Source: Podarcis filfolensis
Taxonomy: Eukaryota
Reading direction: 5' to 3' (one strand)
Length of the DNA stretch: 64,000 nt
Assembly (NCBI GenBank): GCA_964270895.1
Contig: OZ185442.1
Every line of letters starts with the position of its first letter. The stretch's first letter is position 1. Below are positions 35,421-49,516 of the stretch, one piece after another. A model generated the notes under the pieces. It was given only the letters and a program-made list of their open reading frames with translations, did no database searches and was not told where the DNA came from. A program made the position numbers and the translations under genes.

Positions 35421-36910
35421 GTGTGGGTATGCCCGCAGATGTGAGTGGAGGGATGCCAAGCTGAATCTTTGACCCGGGTGAAATAAAGCCTAGTTTTGCC
35501 CCTGCCCTCTGGCTGATACCTGGGAGGGGAGGGATTGTGAGTTGGATGGAGTTGGACATTAAAGTTTTACTGAGTCAAAGCACTGGTCTATCTAGCTCAC
35601 TTGCCTATACAGAGAGCCGCACTATTTGGATTCAAGCAGCGGGAGATTGAACCCCAAAACTAATGCAATGCAAAGCAGATGCGCTACCACTGAACTACTG
35701 CCCTTCCACTTCACTTAATGAATAGAAATGTTTTGGAGAGCCCCATAGCAGCCAAGTCGCTGAGGGGTCTTCACCACCCCTCCCCATAAAATATTTGAGA
35801 AAATCGGTCACCCCCTAAGTTGATGGGCATTGCCATTCAAATTGTGTTTGTACCATGTTATGTGGGGCGGGGCTTACCTGGGCCCCCCAATATTTCATTC
35901 AAGTTGCCATCCCTGGAGAGCCCAAAGAAACTTCCCCTAGACCAGCCTGCTGTCCTCTGCCAGGAATACAGCCTTACCACTTTCCATTCAGTTTCTCCCA
36001 GAGAGGAGGATAATTCTATAGTGGGGGTGCACAGATAGGTAGTCTTAATTACAAAGAAGTGTATAATGAATTTCATTGCTCCAATACCTTTTATTTCCAG
36101 CTAGCAAGAGTTCGAGAAACACTGTGCTTCTCATTAACTGAATTAATTGAATTATTATTGCTGTTTAATTGAATTATTATTGCTGTTTAATATATTTTTT
36201 GATAGATTTTCCAATATTGTTCCAATAGCAGCTTCATTAATGACAATACCAATTGTGTCCAATTAATACAATTATTAATGCCAGTTATTCAAATGTCAAA
36301 TCATACGATTTATTTAAACTGGCCCCCTTGCATGCTAGAGGGGGCCAGTTTAATCTAACTGAATTAATATTAGTACTAGTTTGGCACCACCCACACTTTG
36401 GAACTCTCTGCCTATTGACATCATGCAGATGCCTTCACTGTACTCTTTTCAGTCCCTAAAATATTTGAGGGGGCCATGCCCCCCAAAGTTGCTGGGCATT
36501 GCCATTCAAATGGTGTGACTGGACTGCATCATGTGATGGATTGTGTGGGGTGGGGCAAAGAAGAAGAGGAGGAGGAGGAGGAGGATTTTGGATTTGATAT
36601 CCCGCTTTATCACTACCCGAAGGAGTCTCAAAGCGGCTAACAATCTCCTTCCTTCCTCCCCCACAACAAACACTCTGTGAGGTGAGTGGGGCTGAGAGAC
36701 TTCAGAGAAGTGTGACTAGCCCAACGTCACCCAGCAGCTGCATGTGGAGGAGTGGGGAATCGAACCCAGTTCACCAGATTATGAGTCCACCGCTCTTAAG
36801 TTGGCACTTCTGATACTGCCGGGGCCTGATAGCAATTGGAATCCAGCAAAATCTGGAGGACTACTAGCCCCCCCCCCACCTCACCCCCAGTATATTGCAG
36901 TCTTGACGTT

Positions 36911-37165
36911 ACAATCGTACCTTGGTTCTCAAATAGAATCCATTCCGGAAGTCCGTTTGACTTCTGAAAACTTTCGGAAACCAAGGCGCTGCTTCGGATT
37001 GGCTGCAGGAGCTTCCTGCACTTAATCAGAAACTATGGAAGCCACGTCGGACATTTGGCTGCCCAATAAAGTTCGGAAACCGGAACACTTATTTCTGGGT
37101 TTGCGGCATTCGGGAGCCAAAATTTTTGAGTCACAAGGCGTTTGAGAACCAAGGTACGCCTGGAC
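36911..37165. mobile_element. Tc1/mariner (Tigger-like) MITE
   Basis: TIR core cgtaccttggttctcaaa / tttgagaaccaaggtacg. Confidence 0.75.
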
Positions 37166-37793
37166 TTGGATTTAGTGTTGAATAATGTATTTTCAAAGAT
37201 GATGTATAGATTGTGTTTTGATGTCATTTCATCACTCTGAACTCCCATGAGAGAAAGTGGAGGGTATAAAAATGAAACAAATAGATAACAATATTAAGAA
37301 CCTGGAGTGTGTGAGCAGAATAAAATAGTATGGCATTTTGAGCCTCCAAAAAATGCTCTAGAAATTATCTTGCCCATCATCTTTTTAATGTGGCTTTGAA
37401 TCATCATAAAATTAACATGAAATTAGCACATATGTATTTGGCACCTTTCCCTTCAAGGAACTCGAGGCAGCTGACATTTTTCTCCTCACATCAACCCTGT
37501 GAGGTAGGTGAAAGAAAAAGAGGGAGGGAGAGAGAAGAGGAAGTAACTGGTCCAATGTTGCCCAGTGGCTTTCATGGCTAAGTGAGGAGCTCAGCTGAAC
37601 CTCCCTCAATGGGCATTCTTAACTGCTACACCACACTGCTTCTGTGAGAGAGCTGATATAGCTCAGTGGCTCAGAAACCTGAGCTATAAAATCCCTGGTT
37701 TAAAGGCTGCCTTAGCCACAAACTTACTAGGCAAACCACCTTCTCACAGCCTCAGTCCTCTCCCACATCTTCAATATGGGGGTGAATAGTAAC

Positions 37794-38106
37794 ATAGGAC
37801 TTGCCAATCAGAAGGTCGGTGGTTCGAATCCCCGCGATGGGGTGAGCTCCCATTGCTCCTGCCAACCTAACAGTTTGAAAGCACACCAAAAAGTGCAAGT
37901 AGATAAATAGGTACCGCTCCGGTGGGAAGGTAAACAGCATTTCCGTGCACTGCTCTGGTTCGTCAGAAGCAGCTTAGTCATGCTGGCCACATGACCCAGA
38001 AGCTGTACGCCGGCTCCCTCAGCCAGTAAAGCAAGATGAGCGCCGCAACCCCAGAGTCGGCCACGACTGGACCTAATGGTCAGGGGTCCCTTTACCTTTA
38101 CCTTTA
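37794..38106 (+). mobile_element. Sauria SINE, 5' end clipped
   Basis: ggtggttcgaatcccc B-box, Sauria body, (accttt)n tail; near-identical to the copies at 57.7 and 60.7 kb. Confidence 0.88.
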
Positions 38107-39079
38107 CATGCATGTGAAGAACTTTAGAGCAGGGGGTGGGCAGACATCAAGTTTATCTTATATGCTTTGGGGCTGGTTTGTTACTAAAAATCCAATATCT
38201 GCACACAGGAACCATGTGCAAAAGACATATATTTAGATTTATTTTTTTTAAGGGAGGGTCCTTCTGAGCACATTCTGAACCCCAAGAATTTGTTTATTAG
38301 GACTGAGTTGAGTGCATGGCCTTTCACACACAAAATTACTGCTTTCTTCATTTCAGCAACCTTATTTAGGTAGGAAACTTCCTCTCAGTGCTGCTATCCC
38401 TAGACAATTAAGAAACGGAAACGCTTGGTGATCTATTGCAAATTATTGGGATCGACCAGAAAATCCTTTCTGCTCAGCCTTGCTTTGAAATATTCTGAAC
38501 TACTCTATAAATGTTTCTGTGGTTGTAACAACCGAAGAATTTGCCATTAAATAATTGTTGCAGCTGTGGTAACAAGCACTGGATTTGCAGGACGTGGGTG
38601 CAAATCTCATAAACTGAGGCAAGGCATATGCCCCGAGCCTCGGTTTTCTACAGTTTGTAAAAATGCAAGCACTAGTGAAGCTTCTCACATGGTGGTTGTG
38701 AAGGAAAACTGTCAAAAGGCATTTTTTTTCTGGCTACAATGCTGTGTAAATAGTCATGTTTATTATCAGTAGAAATAACAACAGTAATTGTGTTAATCGA
38801 TTGCTGAATAAAGTACTGAATAAGAATAGCACCAACTACCCTAACTGGAGCTACAACCTGGTTAAAGCAATGTTAAATCTTATGATTTTTAGTCCATTTA
38901 TCTATTGATTAAATGTGCATTCCGTCTATACCCATCCAAGGAGCTTCCTTGCCAGAAAGAAGATTCTGCTCCAAATGTCACTCGCAAAAGCAAGGAAGAG
39001 AGAACACTGTACTCGCATCTATCAGCCAAAGGACCACTGATTGCTATTCAGGAAGAACACCAGCAAGGAAAGATCAGCC

Positions 39080-39340
39080 TGGCCTGAACTGCTTTTAGCA
39101 TTCAAAGCTAAAAGTGGGTCTGATAGCACTGCATGTCCCGGAGGTGCACTCGGTTTGTACTAGAAACTGGGCTTTTAGTGCTACAGCTACAGCCCTGTGG
39201 AATAGGGTACCAGCTAAAATTAGACAAGTGTCCAGAGTCTTGTTATTTAGGCAGCTACTGAAGATGCTTTTAAGAAGTTAGTTAACAGACAGGATGTATG
39301 TTTATTTTGTTGTCTTTTTATGATGGGTGTTTTTTGTTCA
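39080..39340 (+). mobile_element. L2-type LINE 3' fragment
   Basis: gggcttttagtgctacagctacagccctgtggaatagggtaccagctaaaattaga resembles the L2 ORF2 C-terminal RAFS..APxLWNxLPxEIR coding segment. Confidence 0.5.
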
Positions 39341-40324
39341 GCAATGTCAGCACTGGATCTAAGGGAACTTCACATTTCCATGTTTTTGTTATTCTTCTAA
39401 TTATTATCTTCCAGTACTTTTGTGCATAACAACATGTCCACCACATGGTCATATGCTTCATTCTGCATTTTGTACTCCCAGCATATTTTCAAATAATTAT
39501 AATCTGATCCTTTTTAACCAGAGATGCTGGAAACTGAAGCTGGGACCTTCTGCACGACAAGCAAGTTTTCTGTCTCTGAGTTCCAGTCCGCCATAGGCTC
39601 AGTTTTTCAGCCAGGCAATTATGCTGAGGTGCAGGGTTTGACCAGAGTTCAAAAGTTCCCTGGTTCAATTCCCAGCATCTCAATATACGACTGAGAGAGA
39701 TTCACTGTCGGAAACCCTGGAGAGCTGCTACCAGTCTGTGTAGCCAGTACTGATCAGGCTAGAGTCCAAGTATCTGACTCTAAGACAGCTTCTTATGCTC
39801 TTCAACTGGCTTGCAAAAAGGACCCAGCAATGCCCTGTAGCAGGTGACCCGTATGTTTCCTAAAGTGAGCAATCAAGGAACCGCCATTGGCTGTACCCCT
39901 TCCTTTAATTCACAGCAGGTGAATTTCTAAAAGAATCAGTTAAAACCCTCTTCTGTCATGTAACAGGGAGGAAGCGCTGTTGTTTGTTGCTTTGGCTGAC
40001 AGCACTGGAAAGAGACACATGATACAAAAAAGCTCCCATTGTTTGTCAGGACATACTTTGCCAGATTAAATTGGGATGGGGTGGCGGGGGGGGAGGGATA
40101 GACACTTCTTACGCCCCCTGCTCCTCGTGTCTAAAGTTCTAAATGAGTTTGGCATTTGGATTTCTCGATATTCCCTTGCACAGGCTCTCCGAGGCCAAAA
40201 TAAACTCAAAGTCCATGCAGGAGGCAGAGAGGCAGAGTCTTATAGACCCCGGAGTAACAAACAAGCCATTGTTCTTCAAGGAAGGCTTCGTCTCCCTACA
40301 GCCATTCCGCCAGTGTAAGGAGGG

Positions 40325-40870
40325 CAGGACCCACATCCTGTCATCTTAAGTAGGCAGACCCTGGTCAGGTTTTGAAAAAAACTGCTTGGTCTGCAGAGAT
40401 GTCAGGTAGCATCATAGGAGAATCAGAAGAGCCCTGTTGGATCAGCTCAAAGGTGCATCCAGCCCCAGCATCCTGCTCTCACAGTGGCCAACCTGGTGCT
40501 TATTGGAAGCTCTTGGGGAGGACCTGGGCGAGTGCAACAGCACTTTCCCCACTTGCAATTCCCAGTGGTATATACTGCCTCTGACACTGGAGACAGAACA
40601 TAACCATCAGGTACAGCCTTCTCCTCCATGAATCTGTCTAACCTCTTTTTAAAACCATCCAGCCCTGCATCTTGCTATAGCAAATGCCATACTTGACTAT
40701 GTTCTGTTAGAAGAAACACCACGTTTTGCCTGTCCTGAATATTCAGATTTACTGCATGGCCCCACGTTCTAGTATTATATTGGGGAGAGAGAGTAGGGGA
40801 AGATCTCTTAATCTAAACCATGCATAAATTTATTCATCACTAGCAGGTCTCCTTACTTGCCTTTTGTCTA
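40325..40870 (-). mobile_element. CR1 3' fragment
   Basis: Degenerate CR1 3'UTR/ORF2 end (gccctgttggatcag...tctaacctctttttaaaaccatcc); boundaries approximate. Confidence 0.55.
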
Positions 40871-43800
40871 AACAAAAAATCTCCAGATTTTGTAAACTTT
40901 CCTTTGTTAGCAGTCAGAGCCTAACTGAAAGCAGGAGCTTGACCATCTGTGAAATGGACACAGCCATAGTAAGCTTTGTAGAAGAAACAGCTCCGTCCTA
41001 TTATTGTACTCCCCCTACCCCCTGGTGACAGGCTACTTCCTGCACACTCACAATTCCAGCTATTTATCTAGAGGATGACTACGGGGTAGGTAGAGTGGAA
41101 GGGGAGGGCCCATTCTTTTACAATCTGAATTCTGCTGGATCTAACCCCAGGTCCCATGTAGTTAAAGCAGAAGCCTTCAGCTTTTTCACACTGTTGCTTA
41201 ATTCTTTCCTGTATATTTCTATAGTGGTTGTATTGCTGTTGCGACCCATCTTACATCAGGCCGCAACCTGGCAGTGGGTCTGGACTCCCAACCCGTCCAT
41301 TGAAGGCTAAGGAGTTAATGCAATTTGTTTCCACCAGCAGCCAGTTCAACATCCCACTGATTGTGCACAGAATCTGCTATTCAAATGTATGTTTCTTCTG
41401 AAAGTGGAGGTTTCATTTAGCTATCATAGTAGCAACTGTGCCTCTACTTTAATTAAAAAAAAAAATTGTAGGAAGGGAGGTTATTGGTTTGTTTTTGTTT
41501 TATGTATTTTGTGTTCTTATGTTGTATTTTTATGTTGTGAGTCGCCCTGTGATCTTAGGATGAAAGGCGGTATACAAATTTAAACAACAACAATAATGAA
41601 TACCATTGTTAATAACTACTGAACTAGCTACGATATATGCATACTGTTGATAGAGCAGTTTGGGTGGTTTTATTATCTTTGTCTGCTCACCCCCAAGTTT
41701 CCCAGGATTTATTTTCTTCCTTTCTGAACAAAAATACAACCCAAATGCAGCTACGGCAATCCGGCTTGGTCCAATAATACTACAGCCAATGACTCACTTT
41801 TAAGGAAAAATTAAGGTTGACACGGAACATATCCAACATTTCCTCAGGCATGGAGGCCGTGTTTCCTTTTAAAACTTGGTTTTAGATTTTAAAACTTGTT
41901 CCCTTTTAAAACTTGGGGTTTACATTTAAAATTATTATTTGGCTTTCCTGTCACTGAAATCTAAATTTAGTTGTCTCCTTCAAGCAGAAAAAAATATAAT
42001 AACTGGAAGTAAATGGTGAAAGCTTTTGTCACTCAGAGGCAGGGAGAGAAGAACTGGAGGACTGTTTTAAAAAAAGAAGGAAGGAAAAAGACTTCAGCAG
42101 TTTAGGCTTATATGGATGAAATCTCTTGTAGGCAGGGATAAAAGGAGGCTGTAATCTTAAGCATCCATCATGGGAAGCATATTGCATTGAAATCACTGGG
42201 ATTTACCTCCAAGCAATAGAGTAATTAAGACTGAACCGAAACACCAAAACCATTGCATTTTTAGTTGAATTGATTCTAGTTAAAACTTAAATCTAGGTAT
42301 CAGCAACAGTAAAACAAAACTAGGCCTTCTTTCATTAGAAATGAATTTGAATGTCCACTGGGAGTGTGTGTGTCCCCCCCCAAAAAATAATATCCTGAAC
42401 TTTTTATACTTTTAGAAACCTGGTACAGGAACACATCCAATGCCACTGCCTCAAATAAGATTTCAGCAATAACAGTTCTGCATTTTTCAAAGAAACAAAG
42501 ATGGTGTTGGGAAGAGGATAAAAGTATGTTTAAGGGGAAAGAAAGGTAATTTGAAAAGGTATATAAGGTGGTAAAATATATTACAGTCGTCAGCACTAAA
42601 AGCCAGCCATTACCAGCATCAAATTGCATATAATTGAGCCAGCGTCACCGATCACATATAACAGATCAAACGTTCATGTCACCTCCAATATCACCTTTCT
42701 GAACAGAGTCTGTTCACACATGCAAATGTGAATCACCAAGGATTGAAAAATAAAGTGATTTTGACTCAGTTGCATGTACAACATAGTATGTCCCATGATT
42801 ACCCGAAGTGGTGTACTGCTGAATGCCCCATTTGTGAGAAAGCTATAAAATCCTCCTTTGCTAGGAGTAGGAAAAAATCCAGTCAAGTCCAGGAATCACC
42901 AGGTCACCCCTTGGATGCTCTCTTGTAAAATCAACCATTATCAGTCCTTCCTTTGGTAGGGGAAAATCAGCCCTAATGGATTCAACAGTTCCTCTAGAAA
43001 GAATTGTCTGACTTCAAGCAATATTCCAGGGCTATTTACTTCCTTTCTTATTGACTAGCACTGAAATTTTCACATCTCATTGGCATTCAACTCGCACCTG
43101 ACAATTCTATCCTTTATATATCCACCAACTAAGATTTCACTTCATGCATCTGACAAAGAGGGTTTGTGTACACAAACACTGATTTTAAATTTCAGTCTTC
43201 AAGGTACAAGATTTCTGGGAGTGATGGATTGTGGAGCTTGCCTTAAAGTCATGGATTTCTCTCAGAGAATTTCCTCTGAATGACAGCTACCTAATACGTG
43301 AGGGAAGCAGTCTGCACATGCTTGGAGGTACCATTGGCTTTATTTCACCTCCTGCAAAGCGGGGGCCGCAAAGAGCATAACAGACAAGGATGGGGGGGAT
43401 GGGCTGGAACTGTCCTACCACACACCAAGGATGGGGAATCTGTGGTCCTTCCTGTTTCTTGACTGCAGTTCCCTCATCCCTAACCATTGAGTGTATGCTA
43501 TCGGGGGCTGATGGGAATTGTAGTCCATCAACATCTGGAGTGCCACAGGTTTCCCCATCCCTGACTGAAACTAGGTCTGCTCAGCGGTTAATAATAATCG
43601 TAACTAATCATCTCACTTTTTTAATTTAAATTGAAGGGTGGGCCTCCTTCCTCTACCACCATTGCCACTGGCCCACATCAAGCGTGGGAAATCAGCCAAA
43701 GTTTCCAGCTGAACAACAAGAGCAAAATTCTTAGGCCAATGTTGGCTTTAAACCCAGAACCTCCATAACCCAATGTTTAAAACATGAAATTGAGCAGGGC

Positions 43801-44994
43801 AGAAGTAAACACATAGAAGAGGATAGGATGAAAGTAAGAGATTGAGTCCCATTGCTGCTGCAATCAGTGGGACTTTGCAATCCAAGAACTATTCATTCTT
43901 TAATTGTAGCAGTTATTTGAGGCAGGGATGGTTGTATAACAGTATTTTTAAAAATAAAAAAGTTCTGCTTTTTCAGGAGTTCCTGAAGAGAAGACTGAGA
44001 GGGGGACCCTCCAGAGAGAAAGCTGTGAGCAGCCTATTGCAATTATTACAATTCTTTATAATTTTGGGATGTGACTTGCACCCAAAGTCCTGGTATCAGG
44101 AATATCAGTAGGTAGCTGACAGAGTATTCTCTCTTTCTTTTGCTATGATCCTAAAGGGCTCCATGAGAAATAAATATGCTAATTATCCCCAAATAGGAGC
44201 TACAACTAGATTGCTGTATGACTAGATAGTAAACATTTTGGATTCTATAATAAAGCAGGGAATGCCAACCAGATGCAGAATTTTAATTGACTGGTTCCAA
44301 GTTCTTCAATTTAAACAAATGGGCATATAGACAAAACCTCTCTAAAATATTTTGAAAATAAGACAATTTAATAAACTGAAACATTCATGTTTATTGAAAG
44401 AAAAGGCCATGTTTGATTTTTAACAATTATCCAATTACAATACCTGGGCCAAAATAAATACCTTGAAAATATGAACAAGTGTGTCCTAAATGTACATCTT
44501 TGATTATTGTAAATTTCCTCCTCCCTAACAAACTGAGCTCCTCTCTGAACCAATTTAAGTTTACCGTCTCGATAAAATTGTGAGACCCACTATTCTGTGG
44601 CCATTTACTTGAGAGAAATTCCCCTTCAGTAAAAGTGTATCTGGGTATACACGCTTAGGCAGGTAGTAAATCTATCTTACTGGTGGATAGATAGGCAAAT
44701 GGATAGACTAGATACAGGGATTTTAGGAACTTGGCAATTATATAGCACTTTCCCTTAAATGCTCCCCATATATCAGGGACAGTCTACATTTAATCTTGAG
44801 GAGTCTGGATTTGTTGTTTAAAAGAAACTCCATGATCCACTAATGTGTGTTGTATTTTCAAAGTAAGAGTGACTATTCAGTACTCTCTTTGCTTGAACAG
44901 GATGTGTCACAGAACTGGGGAAAGCACAGAAGACGGTAACCAAATGGGTTTCGGGCTTTCCCTAGAAGGAAAGGCAAAATGGTTTGGGGTTTGA

Positions 44995-45390
44995 GAGGAA
45001 TGACAACTAAACATGGAACATGGATATACATGGTAGAAGTAAACAGAGCACAGTTTTTATCTCTTATAATGCACAAATCCAGGGTCATCTAATTATGTCA
45101 ATGCGGGATGCATAAAAGAAAATGCTCTTTTACAGACTGTGCTATGGAATTCACTGCCACAAGATGTGGTGGCAGCTTTGAAAGCAGCATTGGCCAACTT
45201 CATGGAAGAGGAGAGGGTCTGCCAATAGCTTTCCATCATGATAGCTAAATGGAGCCTTCACATATAAAGGAAGTATCCCTCTGTATAATACCAGCTGCAA
45301 ACCACAGGGGAGGTCTGTTCCGTTTATGTCCTGCTTCTTGGCTTTCCAGAGGCATCTGGGCAGCCACTGTGAAAACCAGGCACTAGATCA
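44995..45390 (+). mobile_element. CR1 3' fragment
   Basis: tggaattcactgccacaagatgtggtggcagc...ggccaacttcatggaagaggagagg pattern. Confidence 0.6.
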
Positions 45391-45878
45391 GGAGTGTTGG
45401 ACTCCCGCTCACATCAGCCCTAGCTAGTGTGGCCAATGGTCAGGGATGATAGGAGTTGCAGTCCATAAATAACTGAGTCACTAAAGGCTCCTCAACACCT
45501 CACCAGAGGGACCTATGAAGCTCCTTTTATGCTTGAAACTCTAAAAAGGCACAACTAATCCATACTCTTGTGATCCTAAACATACACTCTTGGTTAAGAG
45601 TATAACAGACGCCTAGCTTGGCTGAGACAAGATTCTTCGCAAGAATTCTCGCAATCTGCAGGCACTGGGCTGCCCATCAAAAATCAGCTAGTGCCTTCCC
45701 CTACGCCTAGTTCTGCCATGCATTTCTTTCAGCCATCCTCAACACAGCCCTGCAAGGTAGACCAGTAGATTGTCCCTATTATTACAGGTAGAAGCAGAGA
45801 GGTTGCCATATCCCACCAAAAGAGGCTTTATAACTAGAGATGGAGAAACTGGCCCTTCAGAAGGTGTTGTTTGTTTGT

Positions 45879-45879
<1 letters not shown>

Positions 45880-45922
<43 letters not shown>
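45880..45922. repeat. (TTGC)n microsatellite
   Basis: about 10 gctt units after a gttt stretch. Confidence 0.92.
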
Positions 45923-46572
45923 TTTTTACTACAGTTCCCATCTTCCCTTTTTAGTCCGCTGGCTGGGGCTGATGGGAGTTCAACAACATCTAGAGGGCCA
46001 CACATTCCTAAACCTGGGGTACACCCTGCCCCTCCCTCCCATACAGTACTTTTATTCTTTAGATGTATTTCTTTGCTATAGCTCTTCCCCACCTGCCCCA
46101 AACTGTCCACCTTTATTCTCTTCCACGGAAGTCTTGAAATCAATTAAAATCCATCCAAATATTGGATTTTGCGTGGAAAGGGGGTTACTAATAACTAGGG
46201 GAAACAGTTTTTAAAAAACAGATTTTTTTATTTAAAAAAAAGGAAGGAGAAGAGAAAACAAGAGATTCCAGTATCTAGCACCCCACCCTAAACATCTTTT
46301 TAAACCCAACCCAACCCCCCCCCCCCACTGATTTGAAATGTGGCCGGAGCTAGCGGCTGTACTTGATTCTTAATTCTGCAGGTTAAGAAATAACAATTTA
46401 CCTTCTAAGCGGAGACCCACCGCGACTCAAATGTATGTTGCCTCTCTTCACTACCAGCCTATCCTTCACAAACACAGACACTTCGCCATTGTTGCAAAAT
46501 GCTTGCAGGCTAGCGGAAAAGAGTAGCGCTTTATCCATGCTCAGAAACACATTACTACGTATGTATTATCAT

Positions 46573-46736
46573 CATGGGCGTAGCCAAGGAGGGGCACGGA
46601 GGGGCAGTTGCGTCCCCAATCAATGAAAATCAATAAAAATACCTAGCTGAGGTTCTGCCCCCCCCCTAACAAGAGGCCTGCCCCGCCCGACAAAAGGCTT
46701 GTCCCCCCCGCCAACAAAAATCCTGGCTACGCCTAT
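46573..46736. mobile_element. hAT MITE
   Basis: TIRs catgggcgtagccaagga / tcctggctacgcctat; imperfect AT-rich TSD. Confidence 0.65.
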
Positions 46737-47339
46737 TATTATTATTAATAATAATAATAATAAACAGAAGTGGTGCTCAAGGCGGTATAAGGGAATGGGG
46801 ATTCCAGGGCGAAGCTTACCAATCTAACCTCCTTTAAGAAGTTCCTATTGAGCTGACAGAGATTTTGGTTAAGGACGCAATTCCTTGGACGCGGTAGGAA
46901 AGTCCTATGGAACTTCGTGGGATTCTCCCTTCGAGGCGGAAGCTACGGAGCTGCAGAGAGATTCGCTTGCACGACTGCAGTCCTTGATCCCATTTTTGGG
47001 AAGCAGATCCCATTTAGTTTAGTGAGACTTGCTTCCCAGTAAGCGGTCTAGGGGATCCTATTCGATCAGCCTTTCCTTTGAAATCAGACTCAGGTATTAA
47101 ATCGGTAGAGCTGCTTGTCGGCAGATAAATCGTATCGCAATCGGGACACTACTTCGAATCTATTAATTCGAATCGGGATGTTAATTCGAAAAGTGTTGTA
47201 GCGCAGCTTTTTGGGGGGAGGCGGGATGTGGAGAACAAAACCCAGGTGACCTCCCTTGGGCATTCTCCTGTGTGTGACACATTTAAAACGCAAGCAATGA
47301 CAATGCTCGTTTATCTAAGCACCGGGATTTAAAAGCTAC

Positions 47340-47387
<48 letters not shown>
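47340..47387. repeat. (TTA)n microsatellite (second array about 47790-47841)
   Basis: pure att repeats. Confidence 0.92.
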
Positions 47388-47786
47388 TACATATAGACAT
47401 CAAGATTTCGGAACCAACTTAGGAAACCAGCCTCTTTTCTTCTTTTTTTGTCTTCCAGCCCAAGCCGGAATAAAGGCGGGGGGGGGGTAAATGAATAGAA
47501 AATAATCTACCCGAAAATAAAGTGGGGAGGGGGGACAAAGAGAATGAAAAAGGGTGTAGGACAGCATAATTAAACTGCTTCATTTAAAAAATAAGCGTTA
47601 TATTGCCTGCTTTAAAAAAAATTTTAATCTATATTATTTTGCCTGGAAGCCGGTGGATTTAAGAATCGGGGTAAGTGAATGTTTTCATTCCTCTCTTTGG
47701 GGAATGGGTTTCACTCCGATTTACTACATCTGTGGCGGGAACTCCCCCCCCCAGTGATTGCTAGGGGATTTTTGTTCTTTTTGTTC

Positions 47787-47842
<56 letters not shown>

Positions 47843-48422
47843 GTATTGTTATTATTCCTCCTTATTAGGAGCTACAAAGCTTATTAGCTTATTAGGAGCT
47901 ATTAAAGCTCTCCAACGGCGCGATCTTAACTACTCAACAGGAAGTCCCATAAAATTCATTGGGGCTTACTCCCAGGTAAAGAGCGTTAGGATTGCTCCTA
48001 AGAGCGACAGCGATTTTCGTTCCGACCGCTTCGCAATTATTCACAAGTGACCCTAGCGCAACTCTGGACCGCGAGAGTCAAGGCATCCGTTGGGGATACT
48101 TTCCATGAAACATATTCAGAATTGCAGCTTTAAACCGGGTTTTGAACTTCCTTGTAGTTCGCAGGCTAACCCTACATTGCCTGGGGCCGTTCTTGTCCTG
48201 ATCCCGTGTCAAGAACATTCACAAGTGACGCGCCTCTCAGAGACCTCCCTGGTCTCGATTTTTCCCCCATCTCCTCAGCTGCCTTGCAGGCCTGCACTTC
48301 GTTTTTCTTATCATATTTTCGAAGGGTGGAGAGTGGAAGGGGCGGAGGGCTGTAAGCAGGAAAACTGCAGAAATTCACACAAACATGCGGCAGACTTTTT
48401 GAGGAGAAATAAACAGCACGGA

Positions 48423-48432
48423 TTTATTTATT
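48423..48432 (-). terminator. Candidate FOXC2 polyadenylation signal (overlapping double AATAAA)
   Basis: tttatttatt on +, about 1.1 kb past the stop, followed on the minus strand by a GU/U-rich tract (cgtgctgtttatttc). Confidence 0.6.
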
Positions 48433-49450
48433 TTTTTCCAAGAATGAGTACAACAATTAAGACCACATAAGACAAAACAAACGTGACAGAGAATTCAAAG
48501 AGAATGTGTTTTTTCCCTAAATGCATTTTGTCGGTTTTTAAAGGATCAGTTCAGAGTGGGAAATCTATTTTACAATTTTTTAAAAAAATCACACACTTGT
48601 TGTTTTCTATCTCTCTGTTTTTCTACTGAAAGTATCAGATACTTTACTCTTTAAAAAAATGTGTGTGTTTTCCAATACTTCCCATCCACAACAGTTCATC
48701 AAGGGGAAACAACAATAAATTATTCATTTTCTGTAATTCACTTTTAAAAGGGAAAAGGGACTTTTGATGCGTATTTGTTCACAAAACCCGAAGAAAACAG
48801 GAGGACGTGTACTGATCATTAATTTGACAGTTGGAAAAAGATGGGCAACATGGGAAATTTTTAAAGGAATAATCCAGTGAACTCAACTTTAAATATTATA
48901 TTAATAATGGCTCTCCACTTAAGCCTGATTTCCACACATATTTACAACGCAATAAACAGAAACTCCCCTCCAAAAAAACAAAATCCCCCCCCCAAAACCC
49001 CCAACACCAAAACGTATACTTTTATATAGCTGTATCTATAATTATTTCTTTCCCTTTCAAAAAAATCCTATAAATGGTCGTTGTGGAAATGGTGATTCTC
49101 TATAAGTTAACATTGTCCGAGATCACCGTCCTTTTTTTCTTTTCACAAAATAAGTTTTGCCACTGTCCTTTACTAATATATTTAACTTTCGTTAAAAAGA
49201 TGCCTCCTTAACTCCCCCAAGTATAATTAACTTGAATTGAAAGAAGGCACTGAAAAACAGCCCGCCCGCACCTACGCACCCACGCGCGCACACCCCAAAC
49301 AGGGATTTTAGGGTTCGTAAAGTTCTATTTTGTGGGGCGGGTCACTTTTTCGCCCCAGTCTTTCGTTTGAATAAGAGGTCGTTTAAAAACAAAGCACAGC
49401 GCTAATTTCCTTCTATGCAATCTGAAGGGTTGGCTTAAACCCCCTCCCTT

Positions 49451-49498
49451 GTTTGTTTGTTTGTTTGTTTGTTTGTTTGTTTGTTTGTTTGTTTGTGT
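49451..49498. repeat. (GTTT)n microsatellite at the start of the FOXC2 3'UTR
   Basis: about 11-12 units within 20 nt of the stop codon. Confidence 0.93.
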
Positions 49499-49516
49499 TT
49501 CCCAGGAGTCGCTCAA

